Below, one piece after another: positions 36,993 to 48,585 of a stretch of DNA of 64,000 nucleotides. The translations under genes were made by a program, and so were the position numbers. Where the stretch lies: the NCBI GenBank assembly GCA_051942205.1, contig JAVECO010000024.1, positions 1-64,000 on the forward strand. Direction: 5' to 3'. Source of the DNA: Coniocarpon cinnabarinum. Lineage: Eukaryota. The notes beneath the pieces were generated by a model that worked only from the letters and a program-made list of their open reading frames with translations, was not told the origin of the DNA and ran no database searches. Position 1 is the first letter of the stretch; the number at the start of each line of letters is the position of its first letter.

Positions 36993-38828
36993 ATGGTAGA
37001 AGCGGAGCAGAACACCGCTACGTGGAAGTTCACACAGTATGTCTCTCTGCGCGACTTTGGACCCCTCATCTGTCCGCACGGCGCGCACCACATCATTTTG
37101 AGAAATCGCGGACTAGACGCCCTTTAATTTGGGAACGAGAAACATCTAATGTGGGCACTGCAGATGTTTTGGCGACAAAGGCGACGTAGAAGATATCACC
37201 GAAGGTAAGCAGCAAAGATCACTGCGTCATGCGAACTGCCCTTGCCAGCTGAGAGTGCTCCTGAGGCTTGAATGGAGCCTGTGCTGATGCAAAACAGCTG
37301 ACATCATATCTACCGTCGAATTTGATCAAACCGGAAACTACCTCGCCACCGGAGACAAAGGTGGACGCGTTGTTCTCTTCGAGCGGAACGATACGGTTCG
37401 TCCTTAATTCTTGTTCGAGTCGCATCTTGTTGCTGATCTAGTCTGGTAACAGAAGAAGAAAACCTGCGAATATAAGTTCCACACGGAATTTCAGTCCCAT
37501 GAGCCCGAGTTTGACTATCTGAAGTCGCTAGAGATCGAGGAGAAGATAAACAAGATCAAATGGTGCCGAAGACAGAACGCATCACATTATTTACTATCAA
37601 CCAACGACAAGACAATCAAGCTCTGGAAAGTGTTTGAAAAGTCATTGAAAGTCGTCGCGGAAAACAACCTCACACAAGATGTGACTCCAAGTGGACCAGC
37701 AGGTGGAGGAGGCGCTAACATCAGGAATCCCAACGTACATTTCCGAAGCACAGCCGACCTGAAGCTTCCGAGATTAACGCATCATGACACCGTCGTGGCC
37801 GCCGTGCCACGCAAAACATACGCCAACGCACACGCCTATCATATAAATAGTATTTCCGTCAATAGTGACGGCGAGACCTTCATCAGCAGTGATGACTTGA
37901 GGATAAACCTTTGGAACCTGAACATACAGAATGAGAGCTTCAACATTGTTGACATCAAGCCTACGAACATGGAAGAGCTTACAGAAGTCATCACGGCCGC
38001 CGAGTTCCACCCTCAGAGTTGCAACTGGTTTATGTATGCAAGTTCGAAAGGAACAATCAAGCTCGCCGACATGCGCCAGAAAGCCTTGTGTGACGAGCAT
38101 GCGAAACGTAAGTTTCAAGCCACGATCAATGTGGCCAGGATTTCACGAAGCTGATGATTGATCTTCTTAACAGAGTTCGAGCAAGAAGAAGATCCGGCAT
38201 CAAGGTCATTCTTCTCAGAGATCATCTCTTCGATCTCAGACGTCCGATTCTCTAACGACGGACGCTACATCTTATCTCGAGATTATCTAACCGTCAAAAT
38301 TTGGGATGTCAACATGGAGAGCAGGCCAGTGAAGACGATACCAATCCATGAGCACCTTCGACCTCGACTTTGCGACACGTACGAGAATGATAGCATCTTC
38401 GACAAGTTCGAGGTCGTATTTTCAGGCGACGCCAAGAACGTCATGACCGGCAGCTACAATAATAACTTCATGATATATCCATCAACTGCGGATCAAGAGA
38501 CTGAAGTGGTGTTGCAAGCTGACAAGTCGGCATTCAAGGCGAAGAAAGTGGGTGTGCCTACACCCATGAATCCGGCGAGTCCCACATGTGGGCCAGTGGG
38601 TGGGAAGAAGGGATCTAGGGCCAACAGTCCAGCGGCGGGACCTGGTGCAAGAATGCGCAAAGAAACCGACGCAGATCAGATCGATTTTAATAAAAAGATA
38701 CTGCACATGAGCTGGCATCCTTACGAGGACAGTATAGCAATCGCCGCTACGAACAATGTAAGTTTGGTGAATACGTTCGACGCCAGTTTGCTGACAGACC
38801 TTAGCTCTTCGTGTTTTCAGCGCTGTGA
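36993..38828 (+). CDS. CDC55: Protein phosphatase 2A regulatory subunit B55 (~481 aa, 6 exons)
   Basis: [53 protein letters not shown]. Exons 36993-37036, 37164-37204, 37298-37395, 37453-38107, 38174-38757, 38805-38828. Confidence 0.97.
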
Positions 38829-39822
38829 GGCAGATATCACATGGGTCGAGGACACCTCGCTGTGAGCTTCTCAAGAAATAGATTCTAAGTCTAGTCAGAC
38901 AGACTGGTCTTAAGACGACGCCACGGAGCAATGCGGAAGGCTTCCGAAAAACAAAATTGTCACGAGATCATGAGGATCCATGTGGACGAAATCAGAGGCA
39001 AGGTCGGCAACAGCGGAGAGCATGTTGGTTTGGCTCTGTGTTAGGTGGACGTTGGTATATCGAGGAATACCCAAGATCCTACACTTCTGATCGTATTAAC
39101 GAAGGTCAATAGAGTAGCATGGCAGTCGTCACAGTTCGGTTGAGCGCTCATAGAATGAATGTATATTTATTCGATGCGAGTCCAGACCACGCATGTCGCA
39201 TTGCTTTGTCCTCGCCCTCTGGGTTAAAAAAACGTTCTTGTTCCCAAGCGCATTCATTTGCTCTTGAAAAACAATTACTGATGTTTACAGCGCAAGATCT
39301 TGGGCCTGAGGACCACAACACAGAATCTGTGATCACTCCGTTCCGCTCAACCTTTAGATACCACTGTCTTGTTCGCCGAGTCTGATGGTATTGACCAAAC
39401 CCTCAATTTATTGCATCCGTGCTTGAAGGCCTGACCGTCCTTAGAATCACAAAGGCCTTGAGGTGGATTTTATTCAGGTACAAGAAGCAAAACCGAAGTT
39501 CACAGGAACAACCTTGTTCTCATTGCTCAAAATCACGGCTTGTCGCTAGAATACTCGTATGAGCGTCGAATGACCGCTCATGCCGATCATTTGTGAAGTC
39601 AACTTGTATGAATGGCTTCGTGTGTGCGACATGTCACGAATGGGATTGGATTGTTAAGGATGCTTTGGCAAAGGACTCGATAGCTGCAGCACTAGATGTC
39701 TGCGAAATCTTATGAAAAGCTTTGAGAATGGCAAGGAAATCTGGGACCACCATAGTGAGCCAGGGAACGCCTAAAATTCGTTGAGATTCCTTCGCAAAAA
39801 GCACGTGCCGTCGTTTCCTGTA

Positions 39823-40400
39823 TCACTCGAGGCGTAGTTGCGGATTCTTCTTCTTCATATCTTTCATCGCTTGCTGATGGCTGGGAAACAGGTCAGCCGC
39901 TTGATATCTTTGTGAGCAAATTTAGGCTTACTATGTGCGCTCTGAAAGTGCCTCCTCCTGTCCACGTTGGTCCTTACTGAGGCGTGCCTTATCCCACTTC
40001 TCGTAGAGGGAAGCTGCCATTTTGAAGTGATGCTGATATTGGGTCTGATCTCCCGGCGACTCAGTCTCGTGGTGGACTCCAGAGTCAGTTGGCGGCTGTT
40101 GTGGCGGCTGTTGTGGCGGCTGCCGCTCTTTCCGTGCCTACTCTTGATGCTGGCGTGCCATTTCCTGCTGTTTTCCATGGTAAAATTGCTGGAGCGCCGA
40201 GGAATTTTCAAACGCCGGCTGGGGTTGCTCCTGCTGTCCTGGTCCCTGTTTTCATAGCTGTGAGTCGCAGCGTATTCATTGATCAAAAGAGTCTTCTACC
40301 CAGGAGAACTTACTTCGAGCGAAGTTTGGTGAGATGAATGCCGGTCACCGCCACTGAAGAACTCCGCACAATCGTGACACCATTTCCATACTAACGACAT
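39823..40400 (-). pseudogene. Three-exon Gln-rich orphan gene copy with two in-frame stops (paralog of 41816-42268)
   Basis: Exons 40400-40314, 40257-39932, 39880-39823 with canonical GTAAGT..CAG and GTAAGC..GCTGAC..CCAG introns. In-frame TGA at 40254-40252 and TAG at 40140-40138. Confidence 0.6.
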
Positions 40401-40578
40401 GGCGATAGATATTTGATGGCCTGCAGGTAGAGATAGAAGCCCTGAATGATTGATTCTTCAAATATTAGAGGCACCTGCCGACTGTGCGTCAATAGTAGTG
40501 CCTGCAAGTATTGTGAGATGTGAGATTCAGAGATGCCTTGAGGGACGAAACACAATTTATGTCAATCAAGGGCGCAGG

Positions 40579-40873
40579 ATGGACAGGTTGACGTATCGTT
40601 CTTCAGCGGAATGGCGTATTTGTCCTGCAAGTGGATATGGAAGTATGTGCGACGAGCCTGCAAGCCAACAAGCGTCACATTTTGCTGCCTTGAAACTTGT
40701 TTCACCTCTAAGTTTGAACTATCCACGACGTACCAGGTTCTTTTCGGAGCCAAGGGGAAACCACATCTTGATCATATTCGAGTATTTCCACGACATCAAC
40801 GTGTCTCTTTCTCAGCGACTTGGCAACTACGTCGGAATCCCGAAAGGGAAGTATTTACGACAGCGTTGACGCA
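40579..40873. repeat. Array of regularly spaced degenerate ~24-bp motifs (AGTATNNNCGACNTCAACGTGTCT-like), unit 1
   Basis: Motif cores at ~40642, 40718, 40781 and 40850, separated by dissimilar spacers. Confidence 0.5.
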
Positions 40874-41815
40874 ATCAGATGCACGATCATGGAGCTGGCC
40901 CCCGCATTGAGTCATCAGCCGTGACTCCAAGTAGGCCGTACGCCTTCGAGCTCGTGTCTAAAGAGGCGGTTCGTGCATATGACTCAATGCAAAGTCCTTA
41001 TCTCCCAGACTCGAAGATTGTCGTGCATTTGTTATTGCAAAGTTACTCGATATGGAGATTGCTGAGACATGGCGGACGCTCAGAATCAGCTCAAGTCTAG
41101 CCCTAGTATGATTATAAGCGGCGATCGCGAACTGAACATTTCACAAAAAAATTGACAGGCAACTCGAATCGAATCGCATGATCGCTAATATCCTTAGCTA
41201 CTACAGTCGATGTAATGCGATCTTCGCACAGTTCCGCTCGCCGTTGCCCCAAGGACACAGTATCAACATAACAGGCGCTAAAACACGTGACGTTTGCACA
41301 GTGCATGCTAAGGAGTTTCCTCTGCTACTCTACGATATTGTGTCAGTAGTGTATACCGCCTCTGGCTTTCGCTCTCTACCTTGGAAATACGTACGACCGA
41401 GGATGAACCGAGGGGCGTGAATGTTCAGGTGCATGTTGTACAGACCCCTCTTCCTCCTCCTGTGGATTGGCGGCGTAAAAGTAGTACTGAAAAGCATCTG
41501 CAAGTATCAAGTGCTGTTCTTGCTGTACTTGTGATACAGCACGCTAGTTTCTTTTGAAACTCTTGACCAGGTAAATTTGTCAGCGCGAGGATCTTATATC
41601 GGTCGCTAGTAAGTGCAGTGCAATTCACATTTCGTGGCCGATCTCATCTCCGGATGATAAGTACGAAACAATAAAATGACTGGTATTCCGCCGGGCAGTT
41701 TATTAACAATCTATGACGAAAGCTTCTGCAGTGGGAAGACATGGGATCAGCGCCGCAAATGGCAAAAGTGATGCAACCCTTGAATTTGAGAACCTATGAA
41801 GACCCGATGTTTCCA

Positions 41816-42268
41816 TTACCGCTTTTCCTGGGGGAAAAGGCCTGGAAACATGTTCCGCAGAGTTGCTCTATCGTCTTCATGGCTGGGAGAAATGGTTAAA
41901 CCACGCCTCATTCTCCGAGCTAAGCTTAACTCACATTGTATGGGCCTTTGACGCCTCTTGATGTTCGTCCTTGTTGCGTGTGCGTTCCAATATCTTTTGT
42001 GACGACTCCGCTTCACGAGAGGATTTTTCATATTGATCCAGTAGTGGTTCCATTTTGTCGTGCAAAGTCACTCCTTCTTTTTGCTCCTCTTGGTGAGCCG
42101 TCTGAGATTGCTCCTCAACTTTGTTACGCTGGAAGGGATTCACATTCGACAAGTGATGATGGTGAGACTGCGCTTGCTGTCCTGACATCTATATCACAGG
42201 TGTCAATTGCAAGGTACAGGGCAATCAGCAGGGATCTCAGGCTAAATGAAACGTACTCCGTCTGACAT
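41816..42268 (-). CDS. Small hydrophilic helical orphan protein (~110 aa, 3 exons)
   Basis: Exons 42268-42257 (MSDG), 42188-41935, 41882-41816; introns GTACGT..TAG and GTGAGT..TTAAC..CCAG. Open frame ending HEDDRATLRNMFPGLFPQEKR. Confidence 0.6.
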
Positions 42269-42582
42269 ACTGTAAGAATTTGGAAACGCGTAGGTATGAG
42301 AATGTCTCACGTGAAGGAACGTCTTGTTTAAGGGATACGCGGACTCCACAAAACTCAAAACGTACCAACAATTGAGCCTGTGAATGGAAGAAAATGTTTA
42401 CGAAGTTTGAGACGCGAGATGATTGCAGCCTCTTATATCTTGAGCGCCTAGTTCTACGGAGGTCCACCTGTCACGTTTTCATTGACATGGCAAAGTAGCC
42501 TACCGCCGAGATTGGAACTGTTTGCGATGTGCTTGCAAATGGACATGTGGTTATTTCGGGCGGCCCCGTCGTCAAGGCTGTT

Positions 42583-42870
42583 AATGTATGGAGGTGAACG
42601 TGTCTTGTTCCAGATCAGGGGGCTAGCAACACTCTGTCATTAGACATGGAAGTATGTGCGAGCGACGCTAACGTATCTCTCTTTAACCACGGTACAGCTA
42701 TGCTCCATCATCAGAGCTGAAAGTATCTGCGACGTCAACGTGTCTAGGTCTTAGCCAGAGGACAGGTAACAAGGATCGATGAATGTGCGACTTCGACGTG
42801 TCTATTGCTCAACGGCATGGTGGCCATGTGGCAATTCCAGACTCGGATATATTTGCGACGGACCGTGTCC
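42583..42870. repeat. Array of regularly spaced degenerate ~24-bp motifs, unit 2
   Basis: agtatgtgcgagcgacgctaacgtatct (42651), agtatctgcgacgtcaacgtgtct (42722), aatgtgcgacttcgacgtgtct (42782), tatttgcgacggaccgtgtcc (42850), plus a partial aacgtgtct at ~42597. Confidence 0.65.
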
Positions 42871-43063
42871 CTATCAGGTGCATCATTGTCCGAGTGGGAG
42901 CTTCATATCAAACAGACAGGCGTCAGCACCCGGTTTCAAGCATGCGAAACAGAACCAAGGGCGACTAAAGACAGCCCAACGTGTCCAGGGTGCTTCACAA
43001 TATCAAGGCGACTGCCCTTAGAAAAGCGAGAGCTCCACCACACAAGCATTTCTGGATCACCTG

Positions 43064-43462
43064 TCATTTTTCTCGATCGCACGGTGTCAGTTCTCTTTTG
43101 CTCTTTATGTGCGCAAAGACACCAAATCCTGTAGCAAAAGTTGCCATACCGAGACCAGCAAGTATAAATATCCTTTGTTCGAAACGCCACTTTAATTCGT
43201 TTTCCCTTGTTTCAGACCTCCATGCTGCTGCTTGAGACCTCCACGGTGCCTTTTCGGATCTCCACGCTGCATCGTTGGCCCCGCGTTGTTTGAGTGCTGC
43301 TACAAGTTCGCTAAGGGCATCATCCTCTCGTTGTCGAACAAGTCCAGATGAGAGTAGAGCTGCACGTTGAGACGTTGACCTTGGGTGGTCGATCGGTATA
43401 GAACGATGTACAGTGAGTCCTCTGCGAAAAGTTCGAGGTATTTGAGATAGAACCTGAGACAT
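43064..43462 (-). CDS. Small hypothetical protein (132 aa): presequence-like N-terminus, helical WRS repeats, C-terminal TM
   Basis: Arg/Ser-rich N-terminus poor in acidic residues; three 21-bp repeats encoding AAWRSEK/APWRSQA/AAWRSET; hydrophobic IFILAGLGMATFATGFGVFA. Confidence 0.55.
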   Translation of the reverse strand: MSQVLSQIPRTFRRGLTVHRSIPIDHPRSTSQRAALLSSGLVRQREDDALSELVAALKQRGANDAAWRSEKAPWRSQAAAWRSETRENELKWRFEQRIFILAGLGMATFATGFGVFAHIKSKRELTPCDREK

Positions 43463-43662
43463 AGTCAATCGAGTCTTGTAGCTCCGTTGCTCAAGGTGGT
43501 CGCATGCAACTTAAATCAGACCCTGCCCACAATTGATCCTGATCAAGGTCAAAAACATGCCACACGATTCTAGTACAGCTGCCCTTCTGCGATACAAGCA
43601 TTGACTTCGTCGCTACGCCCTTCGTGTTTTACCTGCCGCAGGTAATATCTCAGGAGCTTAAA

Positions 43663-44999
43663 ATGGCTCTGGACGTCGCGTACGCCCTCATATTCGGGGG
43701 TTGCTGTTCTAACGTAAGTTTGCCACTCGCGTGGAAGCGGATGTATGCTCACAGAATGGAAGCTGAGCGTGGGATGAATTTCAGGTCTTTGCTCTTGAGG
43801 CAATCGTCAAGTGAGTATGCGCTAACGGTCTCATACGCATTACTTGATGGGCTAATGGACGCAGACACGAACCTGATAGTGGCCTCCTCATAACCAGCAC
43901 CCAATTCCTGCTCGTCGCGCTCTTCGTCCTCCCATCACAACTTGAACGGATAACTTCTCGATGCTCGGATTCAAAGCAGCAGTCGACTGCTGTCGCGAGC
44001 GAGAAGACCTCTCCTCAACGCAGACATGATGTCCAGACACGGTCCCTCCTCCCGTTTCGCATCCGCGCACCACATCTCCCACCAATCCGCATTACCATCA
44101 TGTCACTCATGTTCTTCACAGTGAACATCCTCAATAACTGGGCCTTTGCGTTCCACATCTCGGTCCCACTCCACATCATCCTTCGCTCGTTCGGGTCCGT
44201 TACAACGCTCTTCGTTGGCTGGTTGTGCGGCCGAACCTACTCATCCGTTCAAGTCCTTTCGGTTGTCGTATTGACGATTGGCGTCGTCGTCAGTGCATGG
44301 GCCGATGCGGAGGCAAAGGGAAAAGACACGTCGTTCGTGGGCAGTGGAGAGAGCGAGAAACACGCGGGTAGTTTCGTGGCGGGCGTGTGGGTTTTGTTTG
44401 TGGCGCAAGTCCTGAGCGCTTGGATGGGTGTGTATACGGAGGCGACCTATCGGGAGCATGGAAGACATTGGCGGGAGATGCTGTTCTGGAGTCACGTTGG
44501 CGGACTGGGCTTCAGCATTGTGTTGGCTCCGACGCTGTGGAGGCAAGGTGTGAGGATCTGGAGTTTGGACGATGACACGACGGGCAGTGTGCTGCCTGAA
44601 ATTGTGACAAAAGCTGTTCATCCCCTGACGCGGACAACCCTTGGGCAGTGGATGAAATCGCTCGCGCCACCGCAAGGTGTGATGCTCTTGCTCCTGAATG
44701 CGCTCACTCAGGTTGCGTGCATTTCAGGGGTGAATCGGTTGTCTGCTCAGACGACTGCGGTGACAGTCACGGTCGTGCTGAACATTCGAAAGCTGGTTAG
44801 CTTCCTGCTGAGCTGTGTCATCTTTGGAAATAAGATGAGTGAGATGATGATGATAGGAGCCAGCATCGTGTTTGGTGCTGGAGCTGTATATGGATGGGAC
44901 GGAAGTCGCAAGAAGCGCGTGGGTGGTGAGCAAGACTTCAATACTGAAGAGAATGGAGTTGTAAAGAAGGGAAAGAAGGAAGAAAAGAAGGAATTATGA
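43663..44999 (+). CDS. YEA4: UAA-family nucleotide-sugar (UDP-GlcNAc-type) transporter, Yea4/SLC35B4-like (~403 aa, 3 exons)
   Basis: LIFGGCCSNVFALEAIVK, NNWAFAFHISVPLHIILRS, VLNIRKLVS. Exons 43663-43713, 43785-43810, 43865-44999. Confidence 0.9.
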
Positions 45000-45214
45000 A
45001 GCTTCGAACAAGACGCGCAGAGAAGGAGGAGTGGTTAAGGCGACACGACTTTGAAACGTACATGTGCATAGTTGGCGTCGGTAAATAGGTATTCAACAGA
45101 GGATCATGATGCCGGCTCAGAAGGAAGTGTATTGTTACACAATCATACAAAGATCTATGGACGCCGTGCAATGCGTTGATGTTACCTACCAACTCCCTTG
45201 TTCAATGGTTTGAA

Positions 45215-46534
45215 TTAGTTGTATTGTGCATACGCTGCTGTCGAATTGAACTTCAGGTTTCCTTTGATGACCTTGTCCACGGCGGCCAGGAAGTCCTTCT
45301 CACTCGCAACCTTTCTCCTTGCGCGGATAGCGAACATCCCTGCTTCCGTTGCGACACTCCTCAATTCTGCTCCAGTGCTGTTGGGACATAATCTCGCAAT
45401 CAGCTCCCACCGAATGTCTCGCTCCACTGACATGCTCTTGGCATGAATCCTCATAATGTTGGCACGACCTTCGGTATCAGGCAGAGAGAACTCGATTTTC
45501 CTGTCAATACGACCCGGCCTCATGAGTGCAGGATCCAGTGTGCTGGGTCGATTGGTTGCGAACATGACTTTGATGTTTCCTCGGCTGTCGAAGCCATCAA
45601 GCTGTGTGATCAGTTCCAACATCGTCCGCTGGACCTCGTTGTCACCGCCGGCACCATCGTCAAAACGTGCACCGCCCACCGCATCGATTTCGTCAAAGAA
45701 GATAATGCATGCCTTTTTCGTTCGTGCCATCTCGAAGAGCTCGCGGACCATTCGTGCGCCCTCACCCACGTACTTCTGGACAAGCTCGGATCCGATGACG
45801 CGAATGAAGGTCGCATCTGTTCGATTGGCAACCGCACGCGCACACAGTGTCTTGCCAGTTCCCGGTGGACCATATAGCAGGGCACCCTTCGGTGGATCGA
45901 TACCAAGGTTGACGAAACGTTCCGGACTGAGTAAGGGCATTTCCACCACTTCTCTCAGTTTCTCGACCTGTTCTTTGCAACCTCCAACGTCACCATACGT
46001 GACGTCAGGCTTGTCCTCCACTGTCATCATCGTCACACTAGGATCGATTTTGGGTGGTAACGGCAGCATGATCTGATACTTGTTTCTGTCCACGCCCACT
46101 CGCATGCCTTCTTCGATATCTGTCGGGCTGACACGCTCTCCGAGGTTCACCACGAATTTTGCAATCTGCTTCACATTGATGACATATTTGCTTTTGTCCT
46201 CGTTTTTCTCATCCGGAATAATCTTGGTGCACCTAGCCACTTGCAACGGCTGCTCTTCGCTCATGCGCTGTCGATCGGCCGCAACATCCCATAAATGCGG
46301 TGGTGCAAGCCCGGTGTCAGACTCCTTGATGCCAGTCTTCTCATTGATCGCACTTTGTCGGTCCTTGATCTCCTTCTCGAGTTTCTTCAGCGGGCCTGCA
46401 TAGGGCGCAGCACCGTATGTTTTGAGGACTTGGATGTCCTCGTCCGAGAGAGGGGTAATTTTCTTTTCCGGCTCTTCGTCATCGGCATACTGCTTCTGGT
46501 ATTTCTCCCAGTTTTGACCGGTCGCCGAGGGCAT
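45215..46534 (-). CDS. RPT1: 26S proteasome AAA-ATPase subunit Rpt1 (439 aa)
   Basis: [27 protein letters not shown], Walker A GPPGTGKT, Walker B IIFFDE; intronless. Confidence 0.98.
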   Translation of the reverse strand: MPSATGQNWEKYQKQYADDEEPEKKITPLSDEDIQVLKTYGAAPYAGPLKKLEKEIKDRQSAINEKTGIKESDTGLAPPHLWDVAADRQRMSEEQPLQVARCTKIIPDEKNEDKSKYVINVKQIAKFVVNLGERVSPTDIEEGMRVGVDRNKYQIMLPLPPKIDPSVTMMTVEDKPDVTYGDVGGCKEQVEKLREVVEMPLLSPERFVNLGIDPPKGALLYGPPGTGKTLCARAVANRTDATFIRVIGSELVQKYVGEGARMVRELFEMARTKKACIIFFDEIDAVGGARFDDGAGGDNEVQRTMLELITQLDGFDSRGNIKVMFATNRPSTLDPALMRPGRIDRKIEFSLPDTEGRANIMRIHAKSMSVERDIRWELIARLCPNSTGAELRSVATEAGMFAIRARRKVASEKDFLAAVDKVIKGNLKFNSTAAYAQYN

Positions 46535-46923
46535 CTTTCGCGGCTTGCAGAGTGAAGGATGAGAGCGAATGGCAGTATGTAAGGATAGCGGACTTGAGAT
46601 TCGGCCGCAGTGGTCACGGCGAGACTGACTTCTGATGCGCAACAGACAAGGCAACGAAGCGGGGGTTTTAGATAGAATCGTCTGACGTGAGGAGCACGAG
46701 ATGTAAAAGAATAACAAGATGCCGTTTCGTTGTCTCCGTCATCAACGTAGCTCGGAGGCAAGCGTCCAGATGATGCGTCTGGCCTATCACGCAGCGCCTA
46801 ATGTAGTAAGACTAACACGTGAATTCGCGTTGCCAAAATTTTGACCTTTGGAGCTTGCTGTTGCAATACCACGACCAAGTGACAAACGTTTACGATCTCG
46901 AGCTTTGGTGTGATTGCTCAACA

Positions 46924-48585
46924 ATGGCAGCAGCAGCAGCAGCTACAGCCCCGACGCAAGTTGGCAACAATGCCTTCAGGGACAAGGAGAAGCCTGCTGC
47001 AGTCCGCACTGCAAATATCACGGCGGCGCGAGCAGTTGCAGATGCCATTCGAACTTCGCTTGGCCCACGGGGCATGGACAAGATGATTCAGACGAGCAAA
47101 GGAGAGACACTCATCACAAACGACGGTAACACGATGCTGAAAGACATGAGCGTCATGCATCCAGCTGCGAAGATGCTTGTGGACCTGGCAAACGCCCAAG
47201 ACGTTGAGGCTGGAGATGGCACGACGTCCGTGGTGGTGATCGCTGGGAGTCTTTTAGGTGCTGCGGAGCGCTTACTCGGAAGGGGACTGCATCCTACGGT
47301 AGTCGCAGAGAGCTTTCAGCGCGCTGCGGCTAGGGCCGTGCACATCCTTCACGAAATGAGCATGCCCATCGATCTCGGCGAGCGAGAGACGCTTTTGAAG
47401 GCTGCTACGACGAGTTTGTCCAGCAAGATCGTCAGCCAAGAGCCAAAATTGGCACCCATGGCAGTTGACTCCGTACTGAGGACCATCGATCCAAGGAACG
47501 CTGAGAATGTGGACTTGAAGAACATTAGGATATCGAAGAAAGTTGGAGGAACGATCGATGATAGTGACATGGTCGATGGGCTTGTGCTGCAACAGCAAGC
47601 TGTGAAAAGCGGTGGCGGTCCAACACGAATGGAAAAGGCACGAATCGGTCTCATACAATTCCAACTAAGCCCCCCAAAGCCCGACATGGAGAACCAGATT
47701 GTGGTGAACGACTACAGACAAATGGACAAGATTCTCAAGGAGGAGCGCACATATCTGCTGAATATGGTGAAGAAGATAAAGAAAGCGAAGTGCAATGTGC
47801 TATTCATACAAAAGTCCATCCTGCGGGATGCTGTCAATGATCTCAGCTTGCACTTCTTGGCGAAGACCAATATCATGGCCGTCAAGGATATTGAACGAGA
47901 CGAGGTCGAGTTTATTTGCAAAAGTACGGGCTGCAAGCCCATTGCAGACATTGAGTCGTTTACAGAAGACAAGCTTGGCTCGGCTGATCTTGTGGAAGAA
48001 GACAACAATCTTGGCGCACGCTTTGTCAAGGTCACGGGGGTCAGAACGTCTCCGCCACCAGCTCCAGCAGCGAGTAAAGAAGTGTCCAGCGGCAGCAAGG
48101 ACACGCACCCGAGGACTGTGTCTTTACTGGTTCGTGGCGCGAACTCGCTTGTCCTCGACGAAGCGGAGCGATCTCTGCATGACGCGCAGTGCGTCGTACG
48201 ATGTCTGGTGAAGAAGCGTGCCATGGTGGCTGGTGGCGGTGCACCGGAAATTGAGATTGCGCACCAGCTCACGACTGAAGCGCGAGAACTCACAGGCACT
48301 GAGGCTGTATGCTGGCGTGCGTTTGGGGATGCGCTCGAAGTAGTGCCGACTACACTCGCAGAGAATGCCGGCCTGAATCCCATCAAAGTAGTGACCGAGC
48401 TGAGACATCGGCACGCGCAGGGAGAGCAGAACGCTGGCGTCAGCATCCGCAGTGGAGGTGTCAAGACGGATATACGTGAAGAGAACGTTATCCAGCCACT
48501 GCTTGTGAGCACATCTGAAATTGAACTTGCGAGCGAGACTGTCAAGCTCCTGCTTCGAATCGATGATATCGCGCTCTCAAGATAA
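46924..48585 (+). CDS. CCT4: Chaperonin CCT/TRiC subunit delta (553 aa)
   Basis: [58 protein letters not shown]. Confidence 0.97.
   Translation: MAAAAAATAPTQVGNNAFRDKEKPAAVRTANITAARAVADAIRTSLGPRGMDKMIQTSKGETLITNDGNTMLKDMSVMHPAAKMLVDLANAQDVEAGDGTTSVVVIAGSLLGAAERLLGRGLHPTVVAESFQRAAARAVHILHEMSMPIDLGERETLLKAATTSLSSKIVSQEPKLAPMAVDSVLRTIDPRNAENVDLKNIRISKKVGGTIDDSDMVDGLVLQQQAVKSGGGPTRMEKARIGLIQFQLSPPKPDMENQIVVNDYRQMDKILKEERTYLLNMVKKIKKAKCNVLFIQKSILRDAVNDLSLHFLAKTNIMAVKDIERDEVEFICKSTGCKPIADIESFTEDKLGSADLVEEDNNLGARFVKVTGVRTSPPPAPAASKEVSSGSKDTHPRTVSLLVRGANSLVLDEAERSLHDAQCVVRCLVKKRAMVAGGGAPEIEIAHQLTTEARELTGTEAVCWRAFGDALEVVPTTLAENAGLNPIKVVTELRHRHAQGEQNAGVSIRSGGVKTDIREENVIQPLLVSTSEIELASETVKLLLRIDDIALSR

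Noticed and set aside
39864..40286. 140-aa ORF MINEYAATH... from the ORF track
   Set aside because: An alternative frame of the pseudogene; the spliced Gln-rich frame matches the paralog and this one does not.
40579..42990. CRISPR array or ankyrin-repeat remnant (RHVDVVEIL on the minus strand)
   Set aside because: Eukaryotic context, degenerate repeats and no cas genes rule out CRISPR; the ~60-75 bp period does not match the 99-bp ankyrin period and frames are not maintained.
45443..48545. Long antisense ORFs over RPT1 and CCT4 (also over the transporter and NUFIP1-like genes)
   Set aside because: Shadow ORFs produced by the codon bias of conserved genes on the opposite strand.
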